Shown here piece after piece: positions 47,701-59,700 of a stretch of 64,000 nt of DNA. The position numbers and the translations under genes were made by a program. Each line of letters begins with the position of its first letter. Within the stretch, counting starts at the first letter, position 1. Below the pieces are notes generated by a model, which made no database searches, was not told the DNA's origin, and saw nothing but the letters and a program-made list of their open reading frames with translations. Source of the DNA: Strigamia acuminata (Eukaryota); the NCBI GenBank assembly GCA_949358305.1, contig OX442314.1:20522001-20586000 (forward strand). The letters are read 5' to 3'.

Positions 47701-50700
47701 CTCTCTTGGATCCGCCAGTGAACTTGACCATGATTCCATGTTGATGGCTCAATTTTCAAGGTTTCATTGAAATCACTAGCTAACACTTTTTCAAGAGATT
47801 TCTAAATTTCTGGTTCGTTCTTCCTTAATTCGCCTGGAACACTTTAAAGTAAACACCCTGTTTTTATTTTTAATTAAAATTTTTTATTTTATATGTTTGT
47901 TTGCTGTGTAAGTTACAGGTATGTATAATCTTTGTATTAATTAGGCAGTTTTCGGACTCTGGTTGATGTTAATTTGATTTGTGCCATGGGACCTCCTGGC
48001 GGTGGAAGAAATCCAATAACACCGAGATTTTTAAGACATTTTAATTACATCTCTTACACTGACTTGGAGAATGCCAGTATGAAACGGATCTTCGGAACGA
48101 TTCTTGAAAGTTGGCTCGGTAATTAATCTCATACTTCATTAGGTTTGTGAGTTTGTCCATTGTCCGGTTATCTCAATAGTTCACAGCTTTTAATATAGCA
48201 CGTTTAGCTTTACCGGTACATATTTTTACTAAATCTATGACTATTTCAATTTATTTTAATATCAGATCCTAATGGAGACATGTTTAAACATATAGACAAA
48301 TTGGTAGATTCATCTATCAATGTTTACATTACCATCATAGACAAACTACTACCTACCCCAGCAAAAAGTCATTACACTTTCAATATGCGGGATCTTTCAA
48401 AAATGTTCCAAGGGATGCTTATGTTTTCACATGCGGCAGTAACGGTGAGAGGTTTAATAGATCTGATCTTGCAATTGTTTAAAATAACGTGCGCATGCTC
48501 ACTTGACTGAGAACAGACTAAATAGGCGCCATTTTTGAAGTTAGATCGAAATAAGCAGTTAAAATATGCTATTTCAAATGCTGTTTATTCTAAATTACTT
48601 CATGAATGCACCTACTGTACAGTTTAGAGGGTATTTGTACCATTTTATATTTTTTTTAGAATATAGCGTCACTTCTTCGCATTTGGTATCATGAAAACTG
48701 CCGTGTTTATCAAGACCGTTTGATAAATAACGAAGATAGGACATGGTTTCAGAAATTGATGGACGATAGAATGAGAGATGATTTTGATGTGCCATTTGAC
48801 GTGGTAGTAATAAGAGAACCAATACTCTATGCAGATTTTTTATCAAAAAATCCAGAAAATAAAGCGTATGATGAAATTACTGACATGGATAAAGTAATTG
48901 ATTACTTTTTAGTTTTAAATATTTAAATGTTTAAATGTTTAATGTTTGTTCTATTTTATTTGTCAGTTGATAAAATATCTCGAAGACGCATTAGATGACT
49001 ACAATCAGAATGATGTGGGTCAAATGAATTTGGTGCTTTTTAATGACGCGATAAAGCATGTATGCCGAATCGGCCGAGTGATACGTCAGCCTGGAGGTAA
49101 CGCATTGTTATTAGGAATGCAAGGGAATGGAAGACAAAGTTTAACCAGGCTTGCTTCACACGTGTAAGTAGCTTTTAGGATCAAAATTGAGCTCGTGCAA
49201 CGGGCCGATGTGAAAAACGATTTCTGTTGCCATTTTCTTTTTCTAACAGTGCTAAATTTACAAATATTTGGTTTTGGAGTGGCGGTCGCCCTAGAAACTT
49301 CATTTAGCACTGCAGGGAAAGCAACGACAGCATATTGTTTTTACTCTAATGTACAAATAATTTAATAGATTTAGATTTGACATTATTATTATAGATTATA
49401 AATTATAAATGACTACATTTAAGCAGGTTAGCTTGCTGAGAACATTTTTTTCCAAGCTAATTTTGCAATTATAATGTGAAATATAAAACTTAGGCTTTTG
49501 TTTGGGAGGTTTGGTGAGAAATCGTTTAATGGTTCATTAATATTTTTTTTTTTTAATATTTGATGTTGCACTTCAACTAATCGAAAATTATTTCAAACTT
49601 TTAAGGTTCTTTTAATTAGTTAAAGGTTGCACCACTCATTGTGTAATTGTGTAATTAAAATGGGGTGTTTATTAATTTAAATTTGTCTTATTATGAAAAT
49701 TGTCGGTTTATGTTTAATTTATATGGAAATTTGATGTTGGAATTGAATGATTATCCCCTCGTGCCTCAATTGAGGCGAAACGGTACGACACGTACATACT
49801 GTGTTATGTAAACACAGTTATTTTTTCTCTCCCAACCTTTAATTAAAATTAATAATTTGAAATATTTTTTTTTCTGAGAACAATAGGAAATTATTTGAAA
49901 TCAACTTTAAAGCCACACGGACGAAAAACGATTTCATTTAGCTCCTCTTTTAATTATCATTTCTAAGCTTATAATTATTTTTAATTTTTAAAACTAGCAA
50001 TGAAATGGAGTGTTTTCAAATTGAATTAATAAAAGGCTATGGGTTTCTGGAGTGGAGAGACGACTTGAAGAAAGTCATATTAAAATCGGGACTGCGGAAA
50101 AGGAAAATGGTATTTTTATTCTCCGATACTCAGGTTAGATTTCCGTTAATGTTTCTTAATGAAATGAAAGCTATTTACATTTATTTTTTAATGCAAATCT
50201 GCTGTTTAGATTAAATTGGAAGCTTTTCTGGAAGATACAAACAGCATATTAAATTCTGGAAATGTTCCTAATATTTTTCCACCAGAAGAAATGGAAACCA
50301 TTTATCAAGGAATGAGACAACCAACGCTAGAAGCTGGTTTGCCTGCCACGAAGAGCAACATGTATACAATGTTAACAAAATTTGTTAAATTGAACCTTCA
50401 TTCAGTTATCACAATGAGGTAATTGTGCGTACATGAATTCCAGCCGTTATGTTAAATTAAATTGTTTGTCATTTCTAGTCCCATTGGAGAGGTCTTTCGT
50501 GAGCGGCTGCGGCAATTTCCTGCATTTGTCACGTGCTGTACTATTAACTGGTTCAGCGAATGGCCAGAAGCTGCTTTACAATCTGTAGCACTAATTTTCC
50601 TCAAACAAATACCCGATTTAAATGCAAGCATGCAAGTGATTAATGGAACTGTGAGTGGCTTTTAAAAAAATAATATTTGTCTAAATTTTGTTGCCTATAT

Positions 50701-53700
50701 TGTGGTATATATTTTTGGGTAGAGCAATTTAATTTGCATCAACGTTGATATTTAAGATATCAGTGCTGGGCGTGTTATCGTACACTCATTATGGTACTAG
50801 TAATATTTTGGTTCGCATGGTAATGGCGGTTTAGTGGGCACAATGGAATGTTAATTTAAAATTTAGGTTCAACTTTTTTGAACAACAACATAACATTACT
50901 TAACTCAACTCAACTGGAGCAGAATCATCTCTCACAGTTAATTTTGGGCCCCACTTGCTGTTGCACGTACCGGTATTTCGGTTTTTCCAAATTGGTCAAA
51001 TCAAAACTATGCAGGGGTGGCATTTAAATGTGGAGTTTTTATATTTGGTTTTATTTTTTGCTCTGCCCCCTTATTTTTTTCATGTCTAATTTCTTGACTG
51101 AATAATCAGTTTTTTTATAAATGTATTAAGTCATTAGAATTCGTATAAAAATAACAGATTTTTACTTTTTGTAAAAAATAAATTTGGCAGCGAATTTACA
51201 AAAATATTGTTTTGTTTCCAGATGAAGTTCCAAAAAAAATATTACAAAATAACTGATTTTTCTATACTTATGGCGCGCACCTTAGGCAGCATTATACTAT
51301 TTGTCCTCTCCAAGGGGTGGCGGGTGTTTCGCGAAAAAAGAAATCGCGAATTGAACGAATTGCGAAATTCGAGATGCGTTCATTTCAAAGAAAGTAAGCG
51401 CGAAAAAGGTAATCGCGAAGAAACAATGCGAAAAAACAAATCGCGAATCAAAATTCAGCGAAATTTTTTTTTTAAAAAAAGAAAACTCGAAATTTGAAAA
51501 AAAAAGAAAGCGCGAAATTGGAAAAAAAAACCGAAATTGGGATGGACTAATCGATAGCTGTCAGTCGTCACTCGTCAGTCGTCGGCTTTCGCGGCCGTCA
51601 GCCGTCGACTGTCGGCCGTTAGTTGGCGATTGTCACACACATGCCAATAGACGACAGTAGACAGCTGACGGCCACGATAGTCGACGACTGACGCTGCGAG
51701 AGTGGACGACTGAAGGCCGCCAGAGACGACAGCCGACGACTGACAACTGACAGCTATCAATTAGTCCATTCCAATTTCGGTTTTTTTTTCAATTTTGCGT
51801 TCAAGTTTTCTTTTTTTTTTAATTTTGCTGAATTTTGATTTGCGATTTGTTTTTTTGCGATTTGTTTTTTTCGCGATTACTTTTCTCATAGGTAATATAC
51901 CAAGCGCCACGTGTAATTGTCGGGATAATTAGGTCAGCACGAATCTTATCTGATAAGAAGATGAGTGCTGACCTAATCCCGACAATTACTCAAGCGCGAG
52001 GTGTATTTGATACGAGAATTTACCGATAGAAAATAAAGTTCGATAGTCAATCGTATCCAAACTGGCCTCGCCCCATCGTAAAGAGGCGCTCTTTAAAGAA
52101 ATCAAAAATTTCTTATTGAAGGTTTGAATCTGATGCCTTGATCATACTCTCGCGATCCCAATTGTTCTAGTTTTATAAAACTCTTAACATAAGAAGTGAT
52201 TTCTTTACCTGGATGTCACAACTCTAAAACATGCCCACCCATTATCTAGTCACGTGTCAAGTACAGGTAGTTAACCTAACCTACACGATCGACCATTTTT
52301 TGGCAAGGTGCATTAGTCACTCCTTATCAAATACGACACTATTGTCTACAAAACTAATCCATAAGTATGAATGATCTGAAACGAGCTTGTATAAATAATA
52401 ATTTATAAAAGTAGTTTAATGTTAACTAAGCATGAGAGACGCCCCTAAAAATTATGCAATTATAACGTGTTCTTAACTACAACATCCAACAAATGTTTTG
52501 GAGGCGCATGATATATCACGAAAAAAGGTATCGCGAATCGCAAAAGCGCAAAGTTCCACTGGCGCGAACTCCAACTGGCGCCAAGTGGACACACGCGAGA
52601 ATTTACCACTAGCTTTGTCTAAAAATAGCCGCGAATGAGATTAGGGCTAACAAAACAACAATCGGTCTCCCGACCAATCCCAACGCGCGTAACAAACCGC
52701 TTTTATCGTCTCATTGGTTATTGCCGGGAAAACTTTCCTCTCGCCATACAGTTTTTTCACTTTTCCCGGTAATGTTTCTCTTGCTTTGCGCCCCCCGGTG
52801 GGGCCTTTACGAACCAAGCATCAAACGTCAATTGCGGCTTGTTACGCGTATCGGGATTGGTCGGCAAAACGATTGTTGTTGCTTTACAAACCAAGCAGCA
52901 TGGTTCAAACTCTCGTATAAGCATAAGGATTTTTAAAAAATTGGTTGATTGAGTGTTTTGCTGCTCATAAGCTGAAATTTGAAGCATTTTAATAAGTGAG
53001 ACAAATATTTGAGTATTAAATTCCAACAAAAAAATTTTAAGGAATTGATTTTTATTAATGTTAGTATTTTTTAATTATAAAAAGAAGCCATTGGAATAAT
53101 ATTTTAATTTGATGTCATGGTTTATAATATCGAATCTTTTATTGTTATTTAGATCGTAATATTCATTAAAATGCTTGTTGAATTTAATTTACATCATGTT
53201 TTTGCAAAAATATGACACACCAGTAAGTAAATATTTACCGACATTTTGAAATAAAAAATTGAATATTTTATTGTTTGTCAAAAAAATATTTGATTTTTAA
53301 AGGTTAACGAACTGTGGTTTTAATTCTGATTATATTTCAATTGCGATTACTTTTTTCGCGATTTGTTTTTTCGCGCGTGGCCACTTAGCGCCAGTGGGAG
53401 TTTGCGTTTACGCGATTCGCGAATCCAAAAGTAGCGTTTGCTAATGTCGCTTTTTTTTGGATTTGCGATATCTATTTTCGCGATATATCATGCGCCTCGT
53501 CAAAAGATGAAAAATAACGTGGATTGCTGCTACTGCTAGGACATCCATATCCATCAAAGTATTGACATAAGGACAGTTGGAGAACATCTTTTGACTGATG
53601 AAAGTACTGATTCCTTGGCACTTCTTTCAATTGATTTTCTACGGCTTTCCCTGTTCTTGGTGCAAACGCAAGGTTGGGTCTTCAAATAAAATTTTTAATT

Positions 53701-56700
53701 TTTTTTTTGGTTTTTAAAAAGAAATGAAAAAGATATGAAAATTAGTCTAAATTAAATACCTAGTTCTGCTTAAAGCATGGTGGATAAGATCTACTAACTT
53801 ATTTATCATTTTTTTAAATATTTTACTGGAATTTGAATTCGATTGGGAATTCGATGGGATTTTTTTGAATAGCAATACCTTGTTTCTATTCATGCAGATA
53901 GCTATGTGCCAGCTGATGCATCAATCAGTAGCCGATGCTGCAATTAAATTTTATCAAGAATTATTGCGCCGTGTTTATGTGACACCAAAAGGTTATTTGG
54001 ACTTGTTAAGTGCTTTTAGGAAAATTCATTCCATCAAAATTTCGGAACTTACGAGTGCAAAAGACCGAATGAATACTGGATTGGAAAAGGTAACTGCGGT
54101 TACATTAAAGACAGACATTTAACAACTGATTTTTATTTATTCAGTTAAAAAACTGTGCTAGAGATGTAGCTCAACTACAAATAGATTTGGAAATTCTAAA
54201 ACCACAACTTGTAATAGCTGCAAAAGATACTGAAATAATGATGAAACAAATAGCATTTGATACAGTAAGTATTAAATTTTCTGGCAAAGAAATAAGAGAA
54301 AGTTATTGCTACAGTATAGTCTATATTCTTTCTTTATACTTCTCTGAATTAGGAACTAGCAGAAGAAACCAGAGTAGTAGTTAAGCAAGAAGAGGAACAA
54401 GCTTCAAAAAAAGCTGCAGAAACACAAGCTATTGCTGACGATGCTCAAAAGGATTTAGATCAAGCTCTTCCAGCACTTGATGCTGCCTTGGCCAGTCTTA
54501 AAAATCTGAATAAAGGAGATGTAGTAGAAGTTAGTATTTGCAGGCGTTGAAAATTAAACGAGCAATTATATAACATTGCAAGTTGCAGATAAATGTTGTT
54601 AACTACTTATGAGTTGTCTAATTTTTAAAATTAAGATTAGTTTTTTCAAAGAAATAAACCAAGGGGTCTTTCGATTTTCGGGAACAGTAATCGCATTGAT
54701 AAAGTAATTAAGGCTAATCAGCATTTTAAACGACAAATTTAAACTGCTTGTCTCAAATCTAACTTCTAAAATGGCGGCCGATTCAGTCTGATTTAAGTCG
54801 CACGACGTTTAACAACAAAACATGTTTAACTGCTAGTTAAATGTGACTTTATGAGTGCGCCTAGTATAATTACGAATGGACCCAAATGCTCCATAGCTGT
54901 CCGAACTGGAGCTAAGCAAGTTCTACCGTCCATACTAGGGAACAGTTCGGTCATGGTTGGACTCAAATGGTAGTTGGGAACTAATCTTAGTTAGAAAAAT
55001 TAAACAACTAGCAAAGTATGGAATTATAGTATGCTGAATCAATTGATAAATAAATTCTTAAGGGAGATAACGGTAATTGTTTTGTCGAAAAGCACCATCG
55101 AAATGTGGATTGAAAAATCAATAACCGAGTTGCGAACTTGCGAATCATAATTGTCGTATAGAAACGCGAGTTTATTTTTTTTTTACATATCACAGTCACT
55201 GGTTTAAGATAAATGAGAGAAAATTGAAGCAATCACGTGTTCAAAAAAAAGTTTTTGTGATTGATTAGCTCATTTTCGGTTGATGGAACTGTTTTAGCGG
55301 GTGCATTAGGATGAAATGACTTGTAAAATGCAAAGAAGTCAACTTCAGTCTTTCATTTGCCTTTTGCCAAAATACTTCAACGTGGCGAATATAACATTCC
55401 GCTTAGATTAATGGATTAATTATGATAATTAGTTCATTAATTGATAAAGAAACTGACAATTAACAACTTGTAGGTTCGGGAGTACAAAAGGAACTGCCAA
55501 GATTGTTTAGTGGATCTCATTCAACTGGAGAATACAAACTGTCACTCTGTTGTTTATTCAAATTAATTTATGCATAATTAATGAATTTAGTAACACTAAC
55601 AGTACGATGAAAGGCAGTTATTATCAAACAACTGAATACTTTATGTAAAACGTTGGTGTTAAATTGCTTTTAGTTATGAATTGTAATAGTTTTAAGTGCA
55701 ATAAAGCCAAGTTGTCAGTTTTGGGGAGAAGTTGCGGTTACATTAAGAATTTAGCCTAATGCCATTCTGTTGCGTGGTTCAACTTAAAAATAGTTATTAC
55801 GCTAATTTGTTTTTCACGTCGAAAAGCAGAAAGGTCACGGGTAATAATGTCACTTCGTTTCTCACCAATAGCAATTTAATTTGTTAAATTTAATGGTAGG
55901 CATTGTAAAGAAAAGTAATTGAATTACTGTTTTGTTGTTGTTTTGTAGTTGCGCACGATGCAAAGTCCTCCCCAGGGAGTTCGAATGGTCATGGAAGCAG
56001 TTTGTATACTAAAAGGGGTCAAACCAAAAACGTATCCTGGCCAGAAACCAGGTTCAAAGATAATCGATTACTGGGATCCTGGTAAAGCTTTGCTACAAGA
56101 TCCTACAAGATTTTTAGACACACTCTTCAAGTTTGATAAGGTACCCTAATCAAATTTAGTTTTAAATAGAGCCACAACACACGGGATGTGGGGGTAATTG
56201 AAATGTTGGATTTTTAGGAAAACATTTCTGATGAAACTATGAAGAAAGTTCGTCCGTATATTGAAGATCCTACATTTTTACCTGAACATATTGCCAAGGT
56301 AGGTCGTGTTGGGGGGAAACATAAAATCAAATATCTCTTATGAGTGTATGACTAAAAAATGAAAAGGTTTTTTTCGTAAATGCCCAAAAAAAAAAGTTTA
56401 ATTTTATTATTATTATGTTGAATTAAGTTTTATGATTGCACAATAGTAATCGTGATCTGAAAGTTGTGCAAATTGCATCACTTTACTTAAAAGAAATGTG
56501 CATTCAGAACTGCTGAAGACAAGAAGAGTGAAATCTGGTGTTTATGATTAGAGAACTCTGCCAATTGCTTAAAGAGTGCATCAAAGTTTTTGTATTAAAT
56601 ATTTAAGAATTCAAACTGGTTTTAATTTTGTATTTAGGTGTCGAAGGCTTGCACCTCTATTTGTGAATGGGCAAGAGCAATGTATAAATATGCAGAAATT

Positions 56701-59700
56701 ACAAGAATTGTAGAGCCAAAACGAGTAAGGATATTTTAGCATAAAATATGAAACTTTAGAAATAATTTAAATCATTCTCAGAACTAGAATCATCAACAAT
56801 TTTTTTTAAATTTTCGTAACAGTTAGGTATTTCTTAGCAGTCAGTGCATTCGAAATAAGAAATACACCATCATGAGATGTAAAAATTACTAATATCTTTC
56901 GAATATCTTTGATTATATACTTTTTCACTAATATATTATTACATTTTTAATTTGTATTACTTTTTTTTAGAAAGCTTTAGCCAGTACAAAAGCTGATTTA
57001 GCTGTAACTATGGAAGCTTTAGCAGAAGCTAAAGGACGTCTGGACGCGGTGGAGAATGGATTAGCAGCTTTGAATGCCAAGTTAACTGCTGCGATCAACA
57101 GAAAAAAAGAATTAGAAGACAATAGCGTGTTATGTGAGGCGCGATTAATTCGAGCTGCAAAGGTGAGCGAATGCGTGTGATAAAATAAGATTAACTTAAT
57201 TTTGTATACACAACTGACTTGGATATGGTAAAGTATATTGTAGTGTTATTGGAATAATTGAATACGTGACTAGTAGGCCTAAATGTAGGTTAACAAGTGT
57301 TTTATTCAAATTCTAACTATCCCCATCAGCGGGCTACAAGTAGTGGTTACTCTCTGGACCAATGGTGGTGTATGGCTTCTGTACGGAAGCTCATAACAAC
57401 ACATATATTGTATGTGAAATACACGTTTCGTCCAATGTGGTGAGAAAGGAAAAGTAATGATGTTTAAATAATTTCTCTGTGCTTACAGAACGGATTTGTA
57501 TATTGATGGGTAATGGTTGTTGTGGGCTTCATTCAAAATGATATACCTTGCCCTTTTTTAGCTTTGTGGAACTTTGGGTTTTTTACTGAGTGCATCGAGA
57601 TATTTCAAGAGATGTAAAGTTTGAAGGAATAAACTGGGTTAAAATTTTAAACGAAGCTTAGGAGCAAGCAAGGGCGATCTGTTATAATACATCACTGTAA
57701 AATTCTGTAGCATGGGCGAGGTAGTGAATTCCAGCTGCATTTATTCTCTCAAGACATTTACGGTAATAGAGAAGCAGCATGAGAGATGAGAATGACAAGA
57801 GATATTGAGTTGTTTGTTCTTTTCTTCATACGGACTTCATTTTAATTTTAATATGCAATTTTAATATGCAGAGAGGCCGTGAATATGGTCTGTCACATCA
57901 ATTTAAATTAAATTTGCTCAACCATGTATTGATAAAATTTGCTTGCGGTATTATTATCTTGATGTTTATAAACTTTCCACTTCAAATTCATACGTCGAAT
58001 ATATAAAAAAAGAAAAATATATTGAAATGATATTAGAATTTTGTTGTTACATCAGTTGAATAATAAGAAAACTTAATTCCTTATTGCCCATATTGAATAT
58101 ATACCTATTCTAAGAATTGTGTTATGGCGGATCGGATCACTTCCTCGAATCCCATTTCAACGAATTTGGAATTTTCTGAACTTGTGAAAATCTGTAGTTG
58201 TTTCATCGAATCCGAAATTTGGTACGTTTCATCGAATTTTTTGGGCTGTGGTTGGGGATGTTATTCACGTTGCTACGTGGTTAGGTTAGGTTAGGTTAAA
58301 TTTTTGGGTTTTTCTGTTGGAATTTTTTTTGGATTTTAATGTACCATTTCATCGAATTTATTGTTAGGTATGGTACAACCCGCACTCATGTGTATTGGGC
58401 CGCTTGTATTTTTTGATGTTGCAAAAAAGAAAATCGTAAATTTCAAACTCAAAAAAAGTTTTTAATCAAAATAAATAAATGCAACTTGTAGAACAAACAT
58501 TGGGCTTTATTTTTTTAAAAAAAATAAAATTTTAACTTAAATGGGCCAAAAGTCATGGCCATTTGAATTTGCGACACTTGACACAAGTGTATTGGGCCAC
58601 CATGCTAATTGCCTCAAGTGAGTTGGGCCGGCAGAAAAAGCTTAGCACTACATCCAAAAAATCACACAAAAAAACCGGTTTCTTCAGAAAATCATTGTTT
58701 ATTTGAACAATACATTACAATATTTTGTTGGATAACCAAAATTTTGTATGTGAAAAGTCAAAACCTAAATGTGATGGGTTAGGAAAACTGAGCAATTGAC
58801 TTGACTTTATGTTTAGAATCATTTTCCTGCTGAAATATCCATGTCAAAGGCAGTTTATCATCTGCAAATGGAAGCATAACAATCCTCCAATACTTTTTCA
58901 TAAGTATATTGGTCCATGAAACCCTTAATTTAATGTTGTGGACCGAGACACATACAGGAAACTATCCCCAAGCCATTTTACTATTGGGATGGCTTAATTT
59001 TTTTTTTTTTTTAAATAAAGCCCAATGTTTGTTCTACAAGTTGCATTTATTTATTTTGATTAAAAACTTTTTTTTGAGTTTGAAATTTACGATTTTCTTT
59101 TTTGCAACATCAAAAAATACAAGCGGCCTAATACACATGGGTGCGGGCTAGTACGTTTCATCAAAAAAAAATTCAATTTGATGAAACGGGATTTGAGGAA
59201 ATGACCCGACTTCATATTACGGTACATTCAATATTTATCAAAAAATATAAATTTTAATCCCATCTGCATTTTACGTCGTATATTGCATAAGATCTTTCTT
59301 GAATTTCCTGAATAGTTGATTGATGGACTTAAGGATGAGCGCAGCAGATGGCAAGAAACTGTGGAATCACTTGACACTAAATTGAATAGTATTCTTGGAG
59401 ATGTTTTAATCTCGTCGGGTTCCGTTGCCTATCTGGGACCATTTACAGTAAGTTATTATATTGAGATAAGTAAATGATCGACTTAAACTTTCGGAAGTAA
59501 ATTTCTGATCCCTGATTAACTCAAATGAGTTTAATAATGAATGACATTAAGAATCTTGATTACAGGAAGAATACAGAGCCGCTTTGTCTCAAGAATGGAT
59601 TAAAGGATTGGATTTTAATGGCGTTCCTCATACATCAGATCCAACTTTCCTGAGTACGTTTAGTTTTTTCAACCAGTAATTTGGGAGGCGGGATGTAATA

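Noticed and set aside
58279..58298. Telomere or interstitial telomeric array (TTAGG)
   Set aside because: Only about three units, embedded in an inverted-repeat element.
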